DNA from: Eubacteriales bacterium
GTDB taxonomy: Bacteria > Bacillota > Clostridia > Oscillospirales > QAKW01
Length of the DNA: 64,000 bases
Direction of reading: 5' to 3'
Assembly (NCBI GenBank): GCA_045541535.1
Contig: JAZQJG010000034.1
Span: forward strand, 13,780-77,779
A program made the position numbers and the translations under genes. Below, piece after piece: positions 1 to 9,052 of this stretch. The notes below the pieces were generated by a model. The model made no database searches. It had not been told where the DNA came from and saw nothing but the letters and a program-made list of their open reading frames with translations. Numbering within the stretch: position 1 is the stretch's first letter; every line of letters starts with the position of its first letter.

Positions 1-875
1 CTTGCCGTCAAAAGTTCTCCCTTGTTGATCAGAGCATTTCCCAACCGCTTGCGTAAAGAATACACGGTTTGAATATATTCTCTACAATCGGGACAAACCA
101 GTTCCGCCGCCATAGACGGCGTGGCCGCACGAACGTCTGCCACAAAATCGCAGATTGTAAAATCTATTTCGTGACCAACGGCAGAAACCGTCGGAATCTC
201 ACAGTTGTAGATCGCATAGGCCAGAGCCTCATCATTAAAAGCCCACAGATCCTCAATGGATCCACCGCCACGTCCGATGATCAAAACGTCGGCGGCGCGA
301 TTTGCATCAAACCACTCCACCGCTCGTACAAGATCCGGCGCCGCTTGATCTCCCTGCACCAATGCAGGAAACAGCAAAATTTCCGCCTGCGGGTATCTGC
401 GGGAACAAACTCGGATAATATCACGCACTGCAGCCCCCGTGGGGGAAGTGATCACTCCAATGGTTTTGGGGAATTTCGGCAATGACACCTTATGGGCCGG
501 GTCAAACAGCCCCATTTTATCAAGCTTTCCCTTCAACTTTTCAAAGGCGGCGTAGAGCTGGCCCTGACCATCCAATTTCATAACGGAAATTTTGATCTGA
601 TAACTGCCGGCAGGCTCATAAACAGATATACTGCCGTATGCGATCACTCGCTGGCCTTCTTTTGGCACAAAATCAAGACGGCCGGCATTAAAACGAAACA
701 TAACACCGCTGATCACTGACTGTTCATCTTTAATTTTTAAATAAACGTGTCCGGAACGATGCAAGGTCACATTGGACAGCTCACCGCAAACGCAAACCTG
801 TTGAAGCACTTCGTCCCCTTCCAGGCGCATACGGATATACTGATTCAATTGTGATACGGTAAGTGCTTGTTCCAT
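1..875 (-). CDS. xseA: exodeoxyribonuclease VII large subunit, N-terminal ~290 codons (3' end lies beyond the window start)
   Basis: Absent from the ORF track because it has no stop inside the window. Reverse translation from ATG 875-873 reads MEQALTVSQLNQYIRMRLEGDE..., then ...PKTIGVITSPTGAAVRD... and ...DVLIIGRGGGSIEDLWAFN..., typical of the XseA OB-fold plus catalytic core. Confidence 0.88.
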   Translation of the reverse strand, partial: MEQALTVSQLNQYIRMRLEGDEVLQQVCVCGELSNVTLHRSGHVYLKIKDEQSVISGVMFRFNAGRLDFVPKEGQRVIAYGSISVYEPAGSYQIKISVMKLDGQGQLYAAFEKLKGKLDKMGLFDPAHKVSLPKFPKTIGVITSPTGAAVRDIIRVCSRRYPQAEILLFPALVQGDQAAPDLVRAVEWFDANRAADVLIIGRGGGSIEDLWAFNDEALAYAIYNCEIPTVSAVGHEIDFTICDFVADVRAATPSMAAELVCPDCREYIQTVYSLRKRLGNALINKGELLTA

Positions 876-935
876 ACGATCCCCCTTTATGCAAAGTGCC
901 ACGCAGAGCGTGGCACTTCAAGATCGGAATTACGG

Positions 936-1988
936 TCAATCCACTTGTTTGGCATTTTCCACCACAAAGTCCTTGACCTTCTGCATAAGCAAAGTCTGTT
1001 CCACCAGCCCCTTGCTGTGCACTTTATAAAGTTCTTTAACGGATTTATAGCCATAGGTTTCGGCATAACTTTGCGCAAGTTCGTTGATTTCTTTGCCGGA
1101 AACGGAGATGGATTCTTTTCGGGCAATGGCGTGCAACACCATTTCCTCTTTACATATCTCCTTTGCGCGGGCATCCACGTATGCCAAAAATTCGTCAGCC
1201 GTCAAATCATTGTCTGCAAGATATTCTTTTAAGGTCTGGGATTTTTTCTCGGCAACATCCTTAAACTCTTGCTGCGTCTGTTGGGATAAAAAATCAATGG
1301 CTTTTTTCGGATAATCAATCACCTTGGCGTCATTGATCACCTGTTGCCACAAAGTTGCCTCCATTTCTTCATCCGCCTTTACCGCCGCATCTTCTTCCAG
1401 GTCTTTGCGTTTTGCATCAGTATAAGCCTCAACGTTTGGATAATCGGAAATATCCACAACGATGGGATCGGTGAGCTCGGGACAAACCACACGCTTCGCC
1501 GAATGGATAGTAATATCATATTCAGCCGTTTTTCCGGCATAAGCAGTTTTCAAATAAACATCGGGAAAAGTAACTGAAATATTACAACTTTTGCCGATTT
1601 GTTTACCGATCAAACCACTTTCAAATTCATCCAAAAAGGTTTCGGAGCCAACCTCAAGTTCAAATCCGACTGCAGATAGTGCATTATCCTTCACGCCGTC
1701 AATAAAACCGGTATAATCCAAGGTCAGAATATCCCCTGGCAACACGGTACCGGCGGTAAGGGTTTCCGTTTCCCCGTAGCCGTTGGCACGCAAATCTTCC
1801 CAGATGGCTTGCTGTACGTCGGCGTCGGTAACGCCGATATTGACAAATTCGCAAGAGATACCGCTGTATTCACCAAGCTCAATATACTTGTCCAGTTTGT
1901 AATCATACGGCACGTATCCGCCGTTACAACCGGTAAGAAACACCAGTAATAACAGCAACGTTGCCGCAATTATGCGTCTCATTTTCAT
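936..1988 (-). CDS. trigger-factor-like lipoprotein (FKBP-type PPIase domain plus TF C-terminal-like domain, no ribosome-binding domain)
   Basis: ORF 936..2024. Start moved to ATG 1988 (AGAGGA RBS), giving MKMRRIIAATLLLLLVFLTGC, a signal peptide plus LTGC lipobox. The central segment GDILTLDYTGFIDG..ELEVGSETFLDEFESGLIGK..VTFP is colinear with the PPIase domain of tig in this window. Confidence 0.75.
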   Translation of the reverse strand: MKMRRIIAATLLLLLVFLTGCNGGYVPYDYKLDKYIELGEYSGISCEFVNIGVTDADVQQAIWEDLRANGYGETETLTAGTVLPGDILTLDYTGFIDGVKDNALSAVGFELEVGSETFLDEFESGLIGKQIGKSCNISVTFPDVYLKTAYAGKTAEYDITIHSAKRVVCPELTDPIVVDISDYPNVEAYTDAKRKDLEEDAAVKADEEMEATLWQQVINDAKVIDYPKKAIDFLSQQTQQEFKDVAEKKSQTLKEYLADNDLTADEFLAYVDARAKEICKEEMVLHAIARKESISVSGKEINELAQSYAETYGYKSVKELYKVHSKGLVEQTLLMQKVKDFVVENAKQVD

Positions 1989-2002
1989 TTTGAAAGTCCT
2001 CT

Positions 2003-3070
2003 TTATTTCAAGGCATCGCAGCATTCTTTGGTGATCTGCCGCAATTCATCAAATTTTGCCAGTGTATCCTTCGTCAGGTCAATCTGGGAGCGGGCACGCT
2101 GCAGATTAATATTCTTAAAGGCCTCACCGAAATAAACGTCGCCGCGGATATAGTCCTCCAGAAAACGCAACGCCAGCTCGTAGGTCATAACTACAACGGA
2201 AGCGGGCAACATTTCAATCTCTTTTTCTGTAAGAACGCTGATGGTTTCACTCAAAAAACCGGACAAAAACGCCTTATAAAGAGTGGTATCCAGATAAACG
2301 TGATCGGCGTCGGTACCAAGCTCACCGGCAGGATTGGCGCCGTAACGAATGGCATCACCCACGTCATACAGCACAGAGCCCTTCATAACGGTATCCAGAT
2401 CAACGGCGCAAATCGGCTCATTGGTTTTGGCATCAAAGAGGATGTTATTCAGCTTGGTATCATTGTGGGTCACACGATAAGGCAACTCACCATTCTCCAA
2501 CTTTTCACAGATCCAGCCTGCAATTTCAGCGTTTTCTTCCAAATAACGAATTTCTTCCTCGCAGGTGCACACACGATTGACTGGGTCTTTTGCCACAGCG
2601 TCTCTGAAATTCTCAAGCCGCTTGGTCGTGGTGTGGAAATTGGCAATTACGTCAAAAAGCTGTGTGGCATCAAAGTCGGCAAGATTGTTTTGAAACTTGC
2701 CAAAGCCAACACCGGCCTGATAAAAAATCTCAGGGTTGTCTACGCTGTTGTAAGCAACACTGTTCTCAATAAAATTGTAGACACGGTAAAAAGAATCATC
2801 GACTTCGTAATACAGTCCGCCATCCTTGGTAGGCACTACGTACATACCACACTTGGTCTTTTTATAAATGTGCTTTGTTACCAGATCAATGTTTTTCATA
2901 AGACCGGGGACGTTGGGGAAAACGTTGATATTGATCTTTTGCAAAACATAGGAGCAACCCTCGCACAAAACTTTGTAAGTGCTGTTAATAAAGCCGTTGG
3001 AAATGGGCTCAATGGCCACAACGGGCTCATTTATCTCAAAACAATCCAGAATTTGATGAAGAGTTTGCAT
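2003..3070 (-). CDS. APH-family phosphotransferase, N-acetylhexosamine-1-kinase-like
   Basis: 355 aa. Brenner-type kinase motif HNDTKLNN followed by AVDLDT. Length and motif resemble NahK-type sugar kinases. Substrate cannot be determined from sequence. Confidence 0.65.
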   Translation of the reverse strand: MQTLHQILDCFEINEPVVAIEPISNGFINSTYKVLCEGCSYVLQKININVFPNVPGLMKNIDLVTKHIYKKTKCGMYVVPTKDGGLYYEVDDSFYRVYNFIENSVAYNSVDNPEIFYQAGVGFGKFQNNLADFDATQLFDVIANFHTTTKRLENFRDAVAKDPVNRVCTCEEEIRYLEENAEIAGWICEKLENGELPYRVTHNDTKLNNILFDAKTNEPICAVDLDTVMKGSVLYDVGDAIRYGANPAGELGTDADHVYLDTTLYKAFLSGFLSETISVLTEKEIEMLPASVVVMTYELALRFLEDYIRGDVYFGEAFKNINLQRARSQIDLTKDTLAKFDELRQITKECCDALK

Positions 3071-3176
3071 TTTTTACTGCCTCCTGTACAGAAAACACTT
3101 TATTTTTTGAATAAAATATTGTATGCTTATCATAACAGAATTTAACCAGTATGTCAATAAAGGAGTACCATAATAA

Positions 3177-4460
3177 ATGCAAATTGCGTTTTATACTTTA
3201 GGTTGTAAAGTGAATCAATACGATACGCAAATGATGCGGGAGAAGTTGGAAGCAGAGGGACACCAAACCGTTCCCTTCCATCAGATCGCCGATTGTTATA
3301 TCATCAACACCTGCACCGTCACCAATATGTCGGACAAAAAATCCCGCCAAATCATCTCCCGATGCAAAAAGATAAATCCCGATGCTATCATCGTAGTTTG
3401 TGGGTGTTATTCTCAAATTTCCCCCCGTGAGGCCGCATCCATTGACGGTGTTGATTTGATTTTGGGCACTGCAAACCGCAAAGAAATTTCCTCTTATCTA
3501 AACGCTTTTCTTTCAAACAAAGATCAAATCGTTGCTCCGGCAGACCTTGATACGGAAACCGTCTTATCTAACGAGCATATTTCTCGGTTTGATGAAAAAA
3601 CAAGAGCTATCTTAAAAATAGAAGATGGCTGCCGCAATTTTTGCAGTTATTGCGCCATCCCCTTTGCCAGAGGGAAAATACGCTCAAAAAAACCAGAGGA
3701 AATCAACGCGGAGCTTGCCGCTCTTTTGGCAAACGGTTACCGTGAAATTGTTTTAACAGGTATTCATTTGGCCTCCTACGGCAAAGATCTGGAAAACCTT
3801 ACCTTGGCAGATGCTATTTTGCAAACCGCACAATTCGGTTTTGACAGAATTCGCTTGGGCTCTTTGGAGCCAAAGATAATCACTGAAGATTTTTTAAACA
3901 GAATCAAGACCGTAACAACGCTGATGCCGTCCTTTCATCTTTCACTGCAAAGCGGCTGTGACACGGTACTCAAACGAATGAACCGTCATTATACCACCGA
4001 AGAATATATGAATGCGGTCAAACTGTTACGAAAGCATTATCCCGATTGTTCCGTTACAACGGATATCATCGTTGGTTTTCCCGGTGAAACAGATGCCGAA
4101 TTTGAAGAAACCCTGCGGTTTGCACAAAAGGTCTCCTTTGCTAAAATTCATATCTTCCCCTTCTCCCCCCGCAGAGGCACCAAAGCGGCCGAAATGCCGC
4201 AACAGATCGCGGGCGACATTAAAACAAAGCGTTGTAAAGAACTGGAGGCGGTGGAGGCAAAATGCCGCAGCGATTTTATGAACCAACATATCGGCAAATC
4301 TGTTAAAGTTTTGATTGAACAAGAAAAAGAAGGTATGTGGGAAGGATATAGCGAAAACTATCTGCCTGTACGCCTTTCAGGAGACAGTTGCCCGGTTGGT
4401 AAAGTAATCACCATCACGGTTGAAGATACTGACGGAGATTCTTTGCTCTCAAAATTATGA
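3177..4460 (+). CDS. mtaB: tRNA threonylcarbamoyladenosine methylthiotransferase (MiaB-like radical SAM enzyme)
   Basis: 427 aa. N-terminal Cys triad (LGCKVN, INTCTVT, VCGCY), radical-SAM CRNFCSYC and a TRAM-like C-terminus. RBS AAAGGAG upstream. Confidence 0.85.
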   Translation: MQIAFYTLGCKVNQYDTQMMREKLEAEGHQTVPFHQIADCYIINTCTVTNMSDKKSRQIISRCKKINPDAIIVVCGCYSQISPREAASIDGVDLILGTANRKEISSYLNAFLSNKDQIVAPADLDTETVLSNEHISRFDEKTRAILKIEDGCRNFCSYCAIPFARGKIRSKKPEEINAELAALLANGYREIVLTGIHLASYGKDLENLTLADAILQTAQFGFDRIRLGSLEPKIITEDFLNRIKTVTTLMPSFHLSLQSGCDTVLKRMNRHYTTEEYMNAVKLLRKHYPDCSVTTDIIVGFPGETDAEFEETLRFAQKVSFAKIHIFPFSPRRGTKAAEMPQQIAGDIKTKRCKELEAVEAKCRSDFMNQHIGKSVKVLIEQEKEGMWEGYSENYLPVRLSGDSCPVGKVITITVEDTDGDSLLSKL

Positions 4461-4540
4461 CGAAATTTATACATTTTTTACAAATCAAAAACGAAAAAAA
4501 GGCTTTTAGTGAATTATTCACTAAAAATAACCGATTTCTC

Positions 4541-4568
4541 TTGAGATTTAATTTTATTGTGATAAAAT
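4541..4568 (+). promoter_or_regulatory. candidate sigma-A promoter for the Ldh_2-family gene
   Basis: TTGAGA (4541-4546), 16-nt spacer, TG-extended TAAAAT (4563-4568). About 45 nt upstream of ATG 4613. Confidence 0.4.
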
Positions 4569-4612
4569 GTCTGTAGTCTAAAAAACATCTAAAAAAGAGA
4601 GGAGCCTTTAAA

Positions 4613-5725
4613 ATGGCAAAAATGGTAGTTGATTGGAAAACAATCACCAACTTTGTAATCGATTCCTTTGTAGGTTATGGCATTCCCCGCGAAGACGCTG
4701 AAATCTGCGCCGACGTTTTGCTGGAATCTGACAAGAGAGGTATCGAGTCTCACGGTGTAAACCGTTTCAAGCCCATATATCTGGACAGAATCAAGGATGG
4801 CATTCAAAATCCCGTAACCAACTTTGAAATCATCAAAGAGACCCCTACCACCGCCGTTGTTGACGGTCATGACGGTATGGGTCAGGTCATCGGCTACAAG
4901 GCTATGAAAATGGCCATTGATAAGGCCAAAGAATATGGTATGGGTATGGTAGTAGTTCGCAATTCCTGCCACTATGGTATTGCCGGTTACTATCCCACCA
5001 TGGCCTGTAAAGAAGGCTGCATCGGTATGACCGGTACCAACGCCCGTCCTTCCGTAGCCCCCACCTTCGGTGTTGAGGGTATGTTCGGTACCAACCCCCT
5101 CACCATCGGTATCCCCACCGACGAGGAGTTTGACTTCATCATTGACTGCGCCACCTCCATTACTCAGAACGGTAAGGTTGAGTACTATGAGAGAATCGGC
5201 GAGGACGTTCATCCCGGCACCATCGTTGACCTGGACGGTAATCCCGTTGAAGGCGACGCAGGCGTGGCTCTGAAGCAGATTCGTAACGGCACCGCTGCTC
5301 TGACCACTCTGGGCGGTATCGGCGAAGCTCTCGGCGGCTATAAGGGCTATGGCTACGCTATGGTCGTTGAACTGCTTTCCTCTATTCTGCAAGACGGCGC
5401 TTACGGTAAGGCTCTGGACGGTAAGGGCCCCAACGGCGAAAAGGTTCCCTATCATCTGGGTCACTTCTTCATCGCCATTGATACCAACCACTTCTTGGGT
5501 GAAGAGCTGTGCAGAAAGAAAGCCGGCGACATCATCCGTTCCGTTCGTGCTTCCAAAAAGCAGCCCGGCGCCGACAGAATCTACTCTGCAAACGAAAAAG
5601 AGTATGAAGTTTGGCTGAGCCGCAAGGATTCCGGTGTTCCGATCAACGAATCCGTTCAGCAGGAAATCATCGCCGTTCGCGACGAACTGGGTCTGACCCA
5701 GTACAAGTTCCCCTGGGAAGACTAA
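4613..5725 (+). CDS. Ldh_2 family (type-2 malate/L-lactate/ureidoglycolate-type) dehydrogenase
   Basis: 370 aa. Family-typical N-terminus ...DVLLESDKRGIESHGVNRF.... Strong RBS GAGAGGAG. Strongly biased codon usage. Followed by a perfect terminator. Confidence 0.8.
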   Translation: MAKMVVDWKTITNFVIDSFVGYGIPREDAEICADVLLESDKRGIESHGVNRFKPIYLDRIKDGIQNPVTNFEIIKETPTTAVVDGHDGMGQVIGYKAMKMAIDKAKEYGMGMVVVRNSCHYGIAGYYPTMACKEGCIGMTGTNARPSVAPTFGVEGMFGTNPLTIGIPTDEEFDFIIDCATSITQNGKVEYYERIGEDVHPGTIVDLDGNPVEGDAGVALKQIRNGTAALTTLGGIGEALGGYKGYGYAMVVELLSSILQDGAYGKALDGKGPNGEKVPYHLGHFFIAIDTNHFLGEELCRKKAGDIIRSVRASKKQPGADRIYSANEKEYEVWLSRKDSGVPINESVQQEIIAVRDELGLTQYKFPWED

Positions 5726-5735
5726 TTTAACACGC

Positions 5736-5770
5736 AAAAATGGCACTGCCTTGCAGTGCCATTTTTATTT
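5736..5770. terminator. bidirectional intrinsic terminator (Ldh_2 gene / spoIVA)
   Basis: AAAAA-TGGCACTGC-ctt-GCAGTGCCA-TTTTTATTTT. A perfect 9-bp GC-rich stem flanked by A and T runs between convergent genes. Confidence 0.85.
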
Positions 5771-5772
5771 TA

Positions 5773-7251
5773 TCAAAGAATAATACAGATAAGCCCGCCG
5801 CTGCCTTCATTGAGTATTTTGGACAGTGCTTCCTGCAGTTTGCATCTCGCATCATCAGGCAAGCGGTCAAACTTGGTTTGTAAGCCGTCGTTCACCATTC
5901 CAAACACCGTTTTCCCAAAGATATCATAATCCCAGATTTTATCTATATTTTCCTTGTAATGCTCCTCCATAAAGGCAAGTAAGGTCGTTGATTGCTCTTC
6001 GTCGCCGACGATCGGCGCAATTTCAGAGGAAACGTCGGCTTTAATAATGTGATAAGTGGGTGCTGTAGCCTTTACCTTTACCCCAAATCGATTTCCCTGC
6101 CGATAAGACTCGGGAAAACTAAGTTCCAGATCTTCCCTACTTGGTTTTACGATTCCATAACCGCTTTGTTTTGCCACCGCAAACGCTGCGCTGATTTTGT
6201 CATATTCCAATCTCATTGTTTGAAGCCGATTCAACTCCTGCATCATATCTCCGTCATCTTCAATCGGCTTATCAAGAATTCTGCTGATCAGCTCGTAAAA
6301 CAGATGATCCGGCAACTTAATTTTAACTTCCACCACGCCGCTACCGAGACCCTTGCAAGTAACACACACATTCTCAACGTACCGATGAGCGGAGGCCTTT
6401 TCGCAAAACATATCTATTTCACGTATCGTTCGACAAGTGCAGGCGCTTCCGCAAATACTCTCATAAAGTTCTTTACGAATCGGATCCTCTTTGTCCAGAT
6501 AAGTTACCCACGTGGGGATATCAACATTAATTGCTTTTAAAGGAAACGAAGTGAGCATTTGCGATAGAATTTCTTCCACGTCATCAGCGGTCAGTTCACT
6601 GCAGTTTTTAACCAACACGGGCACCCCGTGAGCTTTTTCCAAGGATTGCTTGATTAAAACCGCCTGTTCTCCCAAGGGAAACAATGAATTGAGCACTACC
6701 ACAAAAGGCTTGCCGGTGGATTTCATCTCGTTGATAATGCGCGTTTCTACCGTTGCGTATTCTTCTCTGGGAATTTCACCAATGCTTCCGTCGGTCGTTA
6801 CTACAACACCAACGGTAGAATGTTCGGTAATCACTTTACGGGTCCCGATTTCAGCGGCCTGCTGAAAGGGCATTTCCTCTTCCTTCCATGGCGTCAGCAC
6901 CATTCTTGGGCCATCCGATTCAAATTGGCCCAAAGCGCCATCCACTACGTAGCCTACACAATCCACCATTCGGATGTTACACTTGCCGGACTCGCCCAAA
7001 CTGACCTCTATTCCGTTCTCCGGAACAAATTTCGGTTCGGTCGTCATAATCGTTCTGCCGGCAGAAGCCTGCGGTAATTCATCAATGGTGCGCTGTCGCA
7101 AATAAGGATCTTCAATCTCCCCCAGGACCAGATGTTCCATAACCTTACGGATAAACGTTGATTTTCCCGTTCGTACGGGACCAACCACACCAATATAAAT
7201 ATTTCCGGCCGTTCTGGCCGCAATGTCACGGTAGATATCCGTAGTCATCAT
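5773..7251 (-). CDS. spoIVA: stage IV sporulation protein A (spore coat morphogenetic ATPase)
   Basis: 492 aa. The N-terminus DIYRDIAARTAGNIYIGVVGPVRTGKSTFIRK closely matches the SpoIVA Walker-A region. Length is typical. Confidence 0.92.
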   Translation of the reverse strand: MMTTDIYRDIAARTAGNIYIGVVGPVRTGKSTFIRKVMEHLVLGEIEDPYLRQRTIDELPQASAGRTIMTTEPKFVPENGIEVSLGESGKCNIRMVDCVGYVVDGALGQFESDGPRMVLTPWKEEEMPFQQAAEIGTRKVITEHSTVGVVVTTDGSIGEIPREEYATVETRIINEMKSTGKPFVVVLNSLFPLGEQAVLIKQSLEKAHGVPVLVKNCSELTADDVEEILSQMLTSFPLKAINVDIPTWVTYLDKEDPIRKELYESICGSACTCRTIREIDMFCEKASAHRYVENVCVTCKGLGSGVVEVKIKLPDHLFYELISRILDKPIEDDGDMMQELNRLQTMRLEYDKISAAFAVAKQSGYGIVKPSREDLELSFPESYRQGNRFGVKVKATAPTYHIIKADVSSEIAPIVGDEEQSTTLLAFMEEHYKENIDKIWDYDIFGKTVFGMVNDGLQTKFDRLPDDARCKLQEALSKILNEGSGGLICIIL

Positions 7252-7284
7252 ATCTTACTTCCTCCACACAATTCTTTTGTTTCA

Positions 7285-7313
7285 AATCTATGTGTTGGAA
7301 AGAAATAATATGA
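7285..7313 (-). promoter_or_regulatory. candidate sigma-E-type (mother-cell) promoter of spoIVA
   Basis: Minus strand: TCATATT (7313-7307), 14-nt spacer, CATAGATT (7292-7285). Resembles the Bacillus sigma-E consensus (-35 xCATATT, -10 CATACAxT). About 35 nt upstream of the spoIVA ATG. Confidence 0.45.
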
Positions 7314-7315
7314 AT

Positions 7316-7352
7316 ACAAAAAAGAAATAAGCCGGCCACGCCGACTTATTTC
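7316..7352 (-). terminator. intrinsic terminator after the 158-aa membrane protein gene
   Basis: 12-bp stem (GAAATAAGCCGG / CCGACTTATTTC, one mismatch), 5-nt loop, then TTTTTTGT on the minus strand. Confidence 0.7.
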
Positions 7353-7822
7353 TTTTTAGCTAATATTAACCAAATTCCGATAGCAACAAATAAAAGTGTC
7401 ACCAAAACCGAAACCACAAGAATCAGCGCTGCATCTGTAACCGACTGTTCATATTGGTTATTTAAATCATCCAGACTCAGATATTCCGCTTGATCGCTCA
7501 TTATGCCAAACACACGTACTTCGTTATTACCGCTCAAAAGATCCGCCGAATAAACTCTGGCAAAAATTCGCTCACCTTTTGAAATTTCTCGTTGAAATGC
7601 ATCGGCATCAAACAACTTCACAGCCTCAGAATCCAACAACAGCGTCGTATTTCCATTACAGGTGATCATACCGTTCTCATAAGAGGAAACGACGTAATAT
7701 TGGAGTTTTGTGTCCTGAATGTCAATTTCAGGATGGTAAGTGACGGCAAACAAGGTTATGCCTACAGCCAAGGTGATAACCGCCAATACAAACGATACCA
7801 CAGCACATAATTTTCTGTTCAT
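7346..7822 (-). CDS. hypothetical bitopic membrane protein (N- and C-terminal TM helices)
   Basis: 158 aa. Hydrophobic helices at residues ~7-27 and ~130-153. No recognisable motif. Confidence 0.55.
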   Translation of the reverse strand: MNRKLCAVVSFVLAVITLAVGITLFAVTYHPEIDIQDTKLQYYVVSSYENGMITCNGNTTLLLDSEAVKLFDADAFQREISKGERIFARVYSADLLSGNNEVRVFGIMSDQAEYLSLDDLNNQYEQSVTDAALILVVSVLVTLLFVAIGIWLILAKKK

Positions 7823-7832
7823 AATTTCACCG

Positions 7833-7856
7833 TAAAAGGGGCACTTGCGTGCCCCC
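7833..7856 (-). terminator. possible weak terminator after the S41 peptidase gene
   Basis: GGGGCAC-ttgc-GTGCCCC stem followed by TTTT on the minus strand. The T tract is short. Confidence 0.4.
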
Positions 7857-7862
7857 TTTCCT

Positions 7863-9047
7863 TTATTTCTTTTTTAAGGTTTCAACAGCCTTTTGCAGTT
7901 GGACGTCTTCTTCTTTGGTCAACTCATAAAAGTTTTCCAGGTCCTCGTCCGACATTGCAATTTGCACGTCGGGGTTGATTCCAACGCCATCAAAACTTTC
8001 ACCGCTGGGCGGATAATAAAGCTGAGTAGACAAATACACTGCCGTTTGATCTCCTAAAGGAATAATCTGTTGGGCTACACCTTTACCAAAGGTTTTAACG
8101 CCAACCAACGTTCCTTTCTTATAATCACGGATGGCGGCAGCAAACAATTCGGCGGCAGAATAAGTGTTCTCATTAATTAAGACCGCCATAGGCAAAGTGA
8201 TCTGCTTGCTGTTTGATTGGATGGATGAAGATTTTGTGCCGCTTTTACTCTCAACGGTAACAATGTTTCCTTTGGGCAAAATCGTATCCAAAATCTTACA
8301 AACGGAATCAAGGGTTCCGCCGGCATTGTTACGTACGTCAAAAATCAGCGAGGTAACGCCCTCATCCTGCAAGGAATTATACGCTTTTTTAAATTCGGTC
8401 GCCGTGTTGGTATCAAAAGCATCAAAACGAATATAGCCGATATCGGAATTGACAACCGAATAAGAAACGGTGGAAGTCGTATACTCCGAATAGGTTACTT
8501 CTTTTTCAAGACTTTCATCATCACGATATATAGAAAGTACGGTTGTCGTACCCGCCTTCCCCTTCAGCAAATTCTGGGCATCCGTTTCCGTCATAGTGGT
8601 GACGTCAACGCCGTCAATTTTATAGACGATATCGCCTGCCTTAACACCCACAGAATCTGCGGAGGATCCGCGATTCACTTTCGTGACCTTCATATTGCCG
8701 GTGCTGGAAATATACCGCACGGTAATACCTAAACCGGCATATTTACCGTTGGTTTCGTCCAGATATTGCTGATATGCGGCAGCGTCCATATATTTTCCGT
8801 AAGGATCAGCGGCCGACACAAAGCCTTTTAAAATACCATCCATCGTGTCCATTTCATCATAGGTGTCCATATAACGGGCCGCCACAATTTGTTCCACCTG
8901 GCTGAGCTTGGAATACTTTTCAACCGTGGCAAAAACCGTAGTCATCTTGGAGGTAATAAAGGTATAAGTGATCAGACAAGCAAGAATGGTACAGGCCATC
9001 ATTAAAAAGATGGCTGTGCCAAGTTCAATTTTTCGTTTCATTGACAA
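7863..9047 (-). CDS. S41 family C-terminal processing peptidase with PDZ domain
   Basis: 394 aa. N-terminal TM anchor, PDZ-like GLGITV...VKAGDIVYKIDG, catalytic Ser region NENTYSAAE and Lys region KTFGKG. Confidence 0.85.
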   Translation of the reverse strand: MSMKRKIELGTAIFLMMACTILACLITYTFITSKMTTVFATVEKYSKLSQVEQIVAARYMDTYDEMDTMDGILKGFVSAADPYGKYMDAAAYQQYLDETNGKYAGLGITVRYISSTGNMKVTKVNRGSSADSVGVKAGDIVYKIDGVDVTTMTETDAQNLLKGKAGTTTVLSIYRDDESLEKEVTYSEYTTSTVSYSVVNSDIGYIRFDAFDTNTATEFKKAYNSLQDEGVTSLIFDVRNNAGGTLDSVCKILDTILPKGNIVTVESKSGTKSSSIQSNSKQITLPMAVLINENTYSAAELFAAAIRDYKKGTLVGVKTFGKGVAQQIIPLGDQTAVYLSTQLYYPPSGESFDGVGINPDVQIAMSDEDLENFYELTKEEDVQLQKAVETLKKK

Positions 9048-9052
9048 AAATC

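Noticed and set aside
69-719. Plus-strand ORFs of 138 aa and 75 aa at the left edge
   Set aside because: The minus strand here encodes the N-terminal part of XseA with clear motifs. That frame is missing from the track only because its stop lies outside the window.
4589-5746. 385-aa minus-strand ORF covering the entire Ldh_2 gene
   Set aside because: It is an antisense shadow of a strongly codon-biased gene. The translation is low-complexity (G/V/N/T/A-rich) with no RBS and no recognisable motif. The plus-strand product has clear family features.
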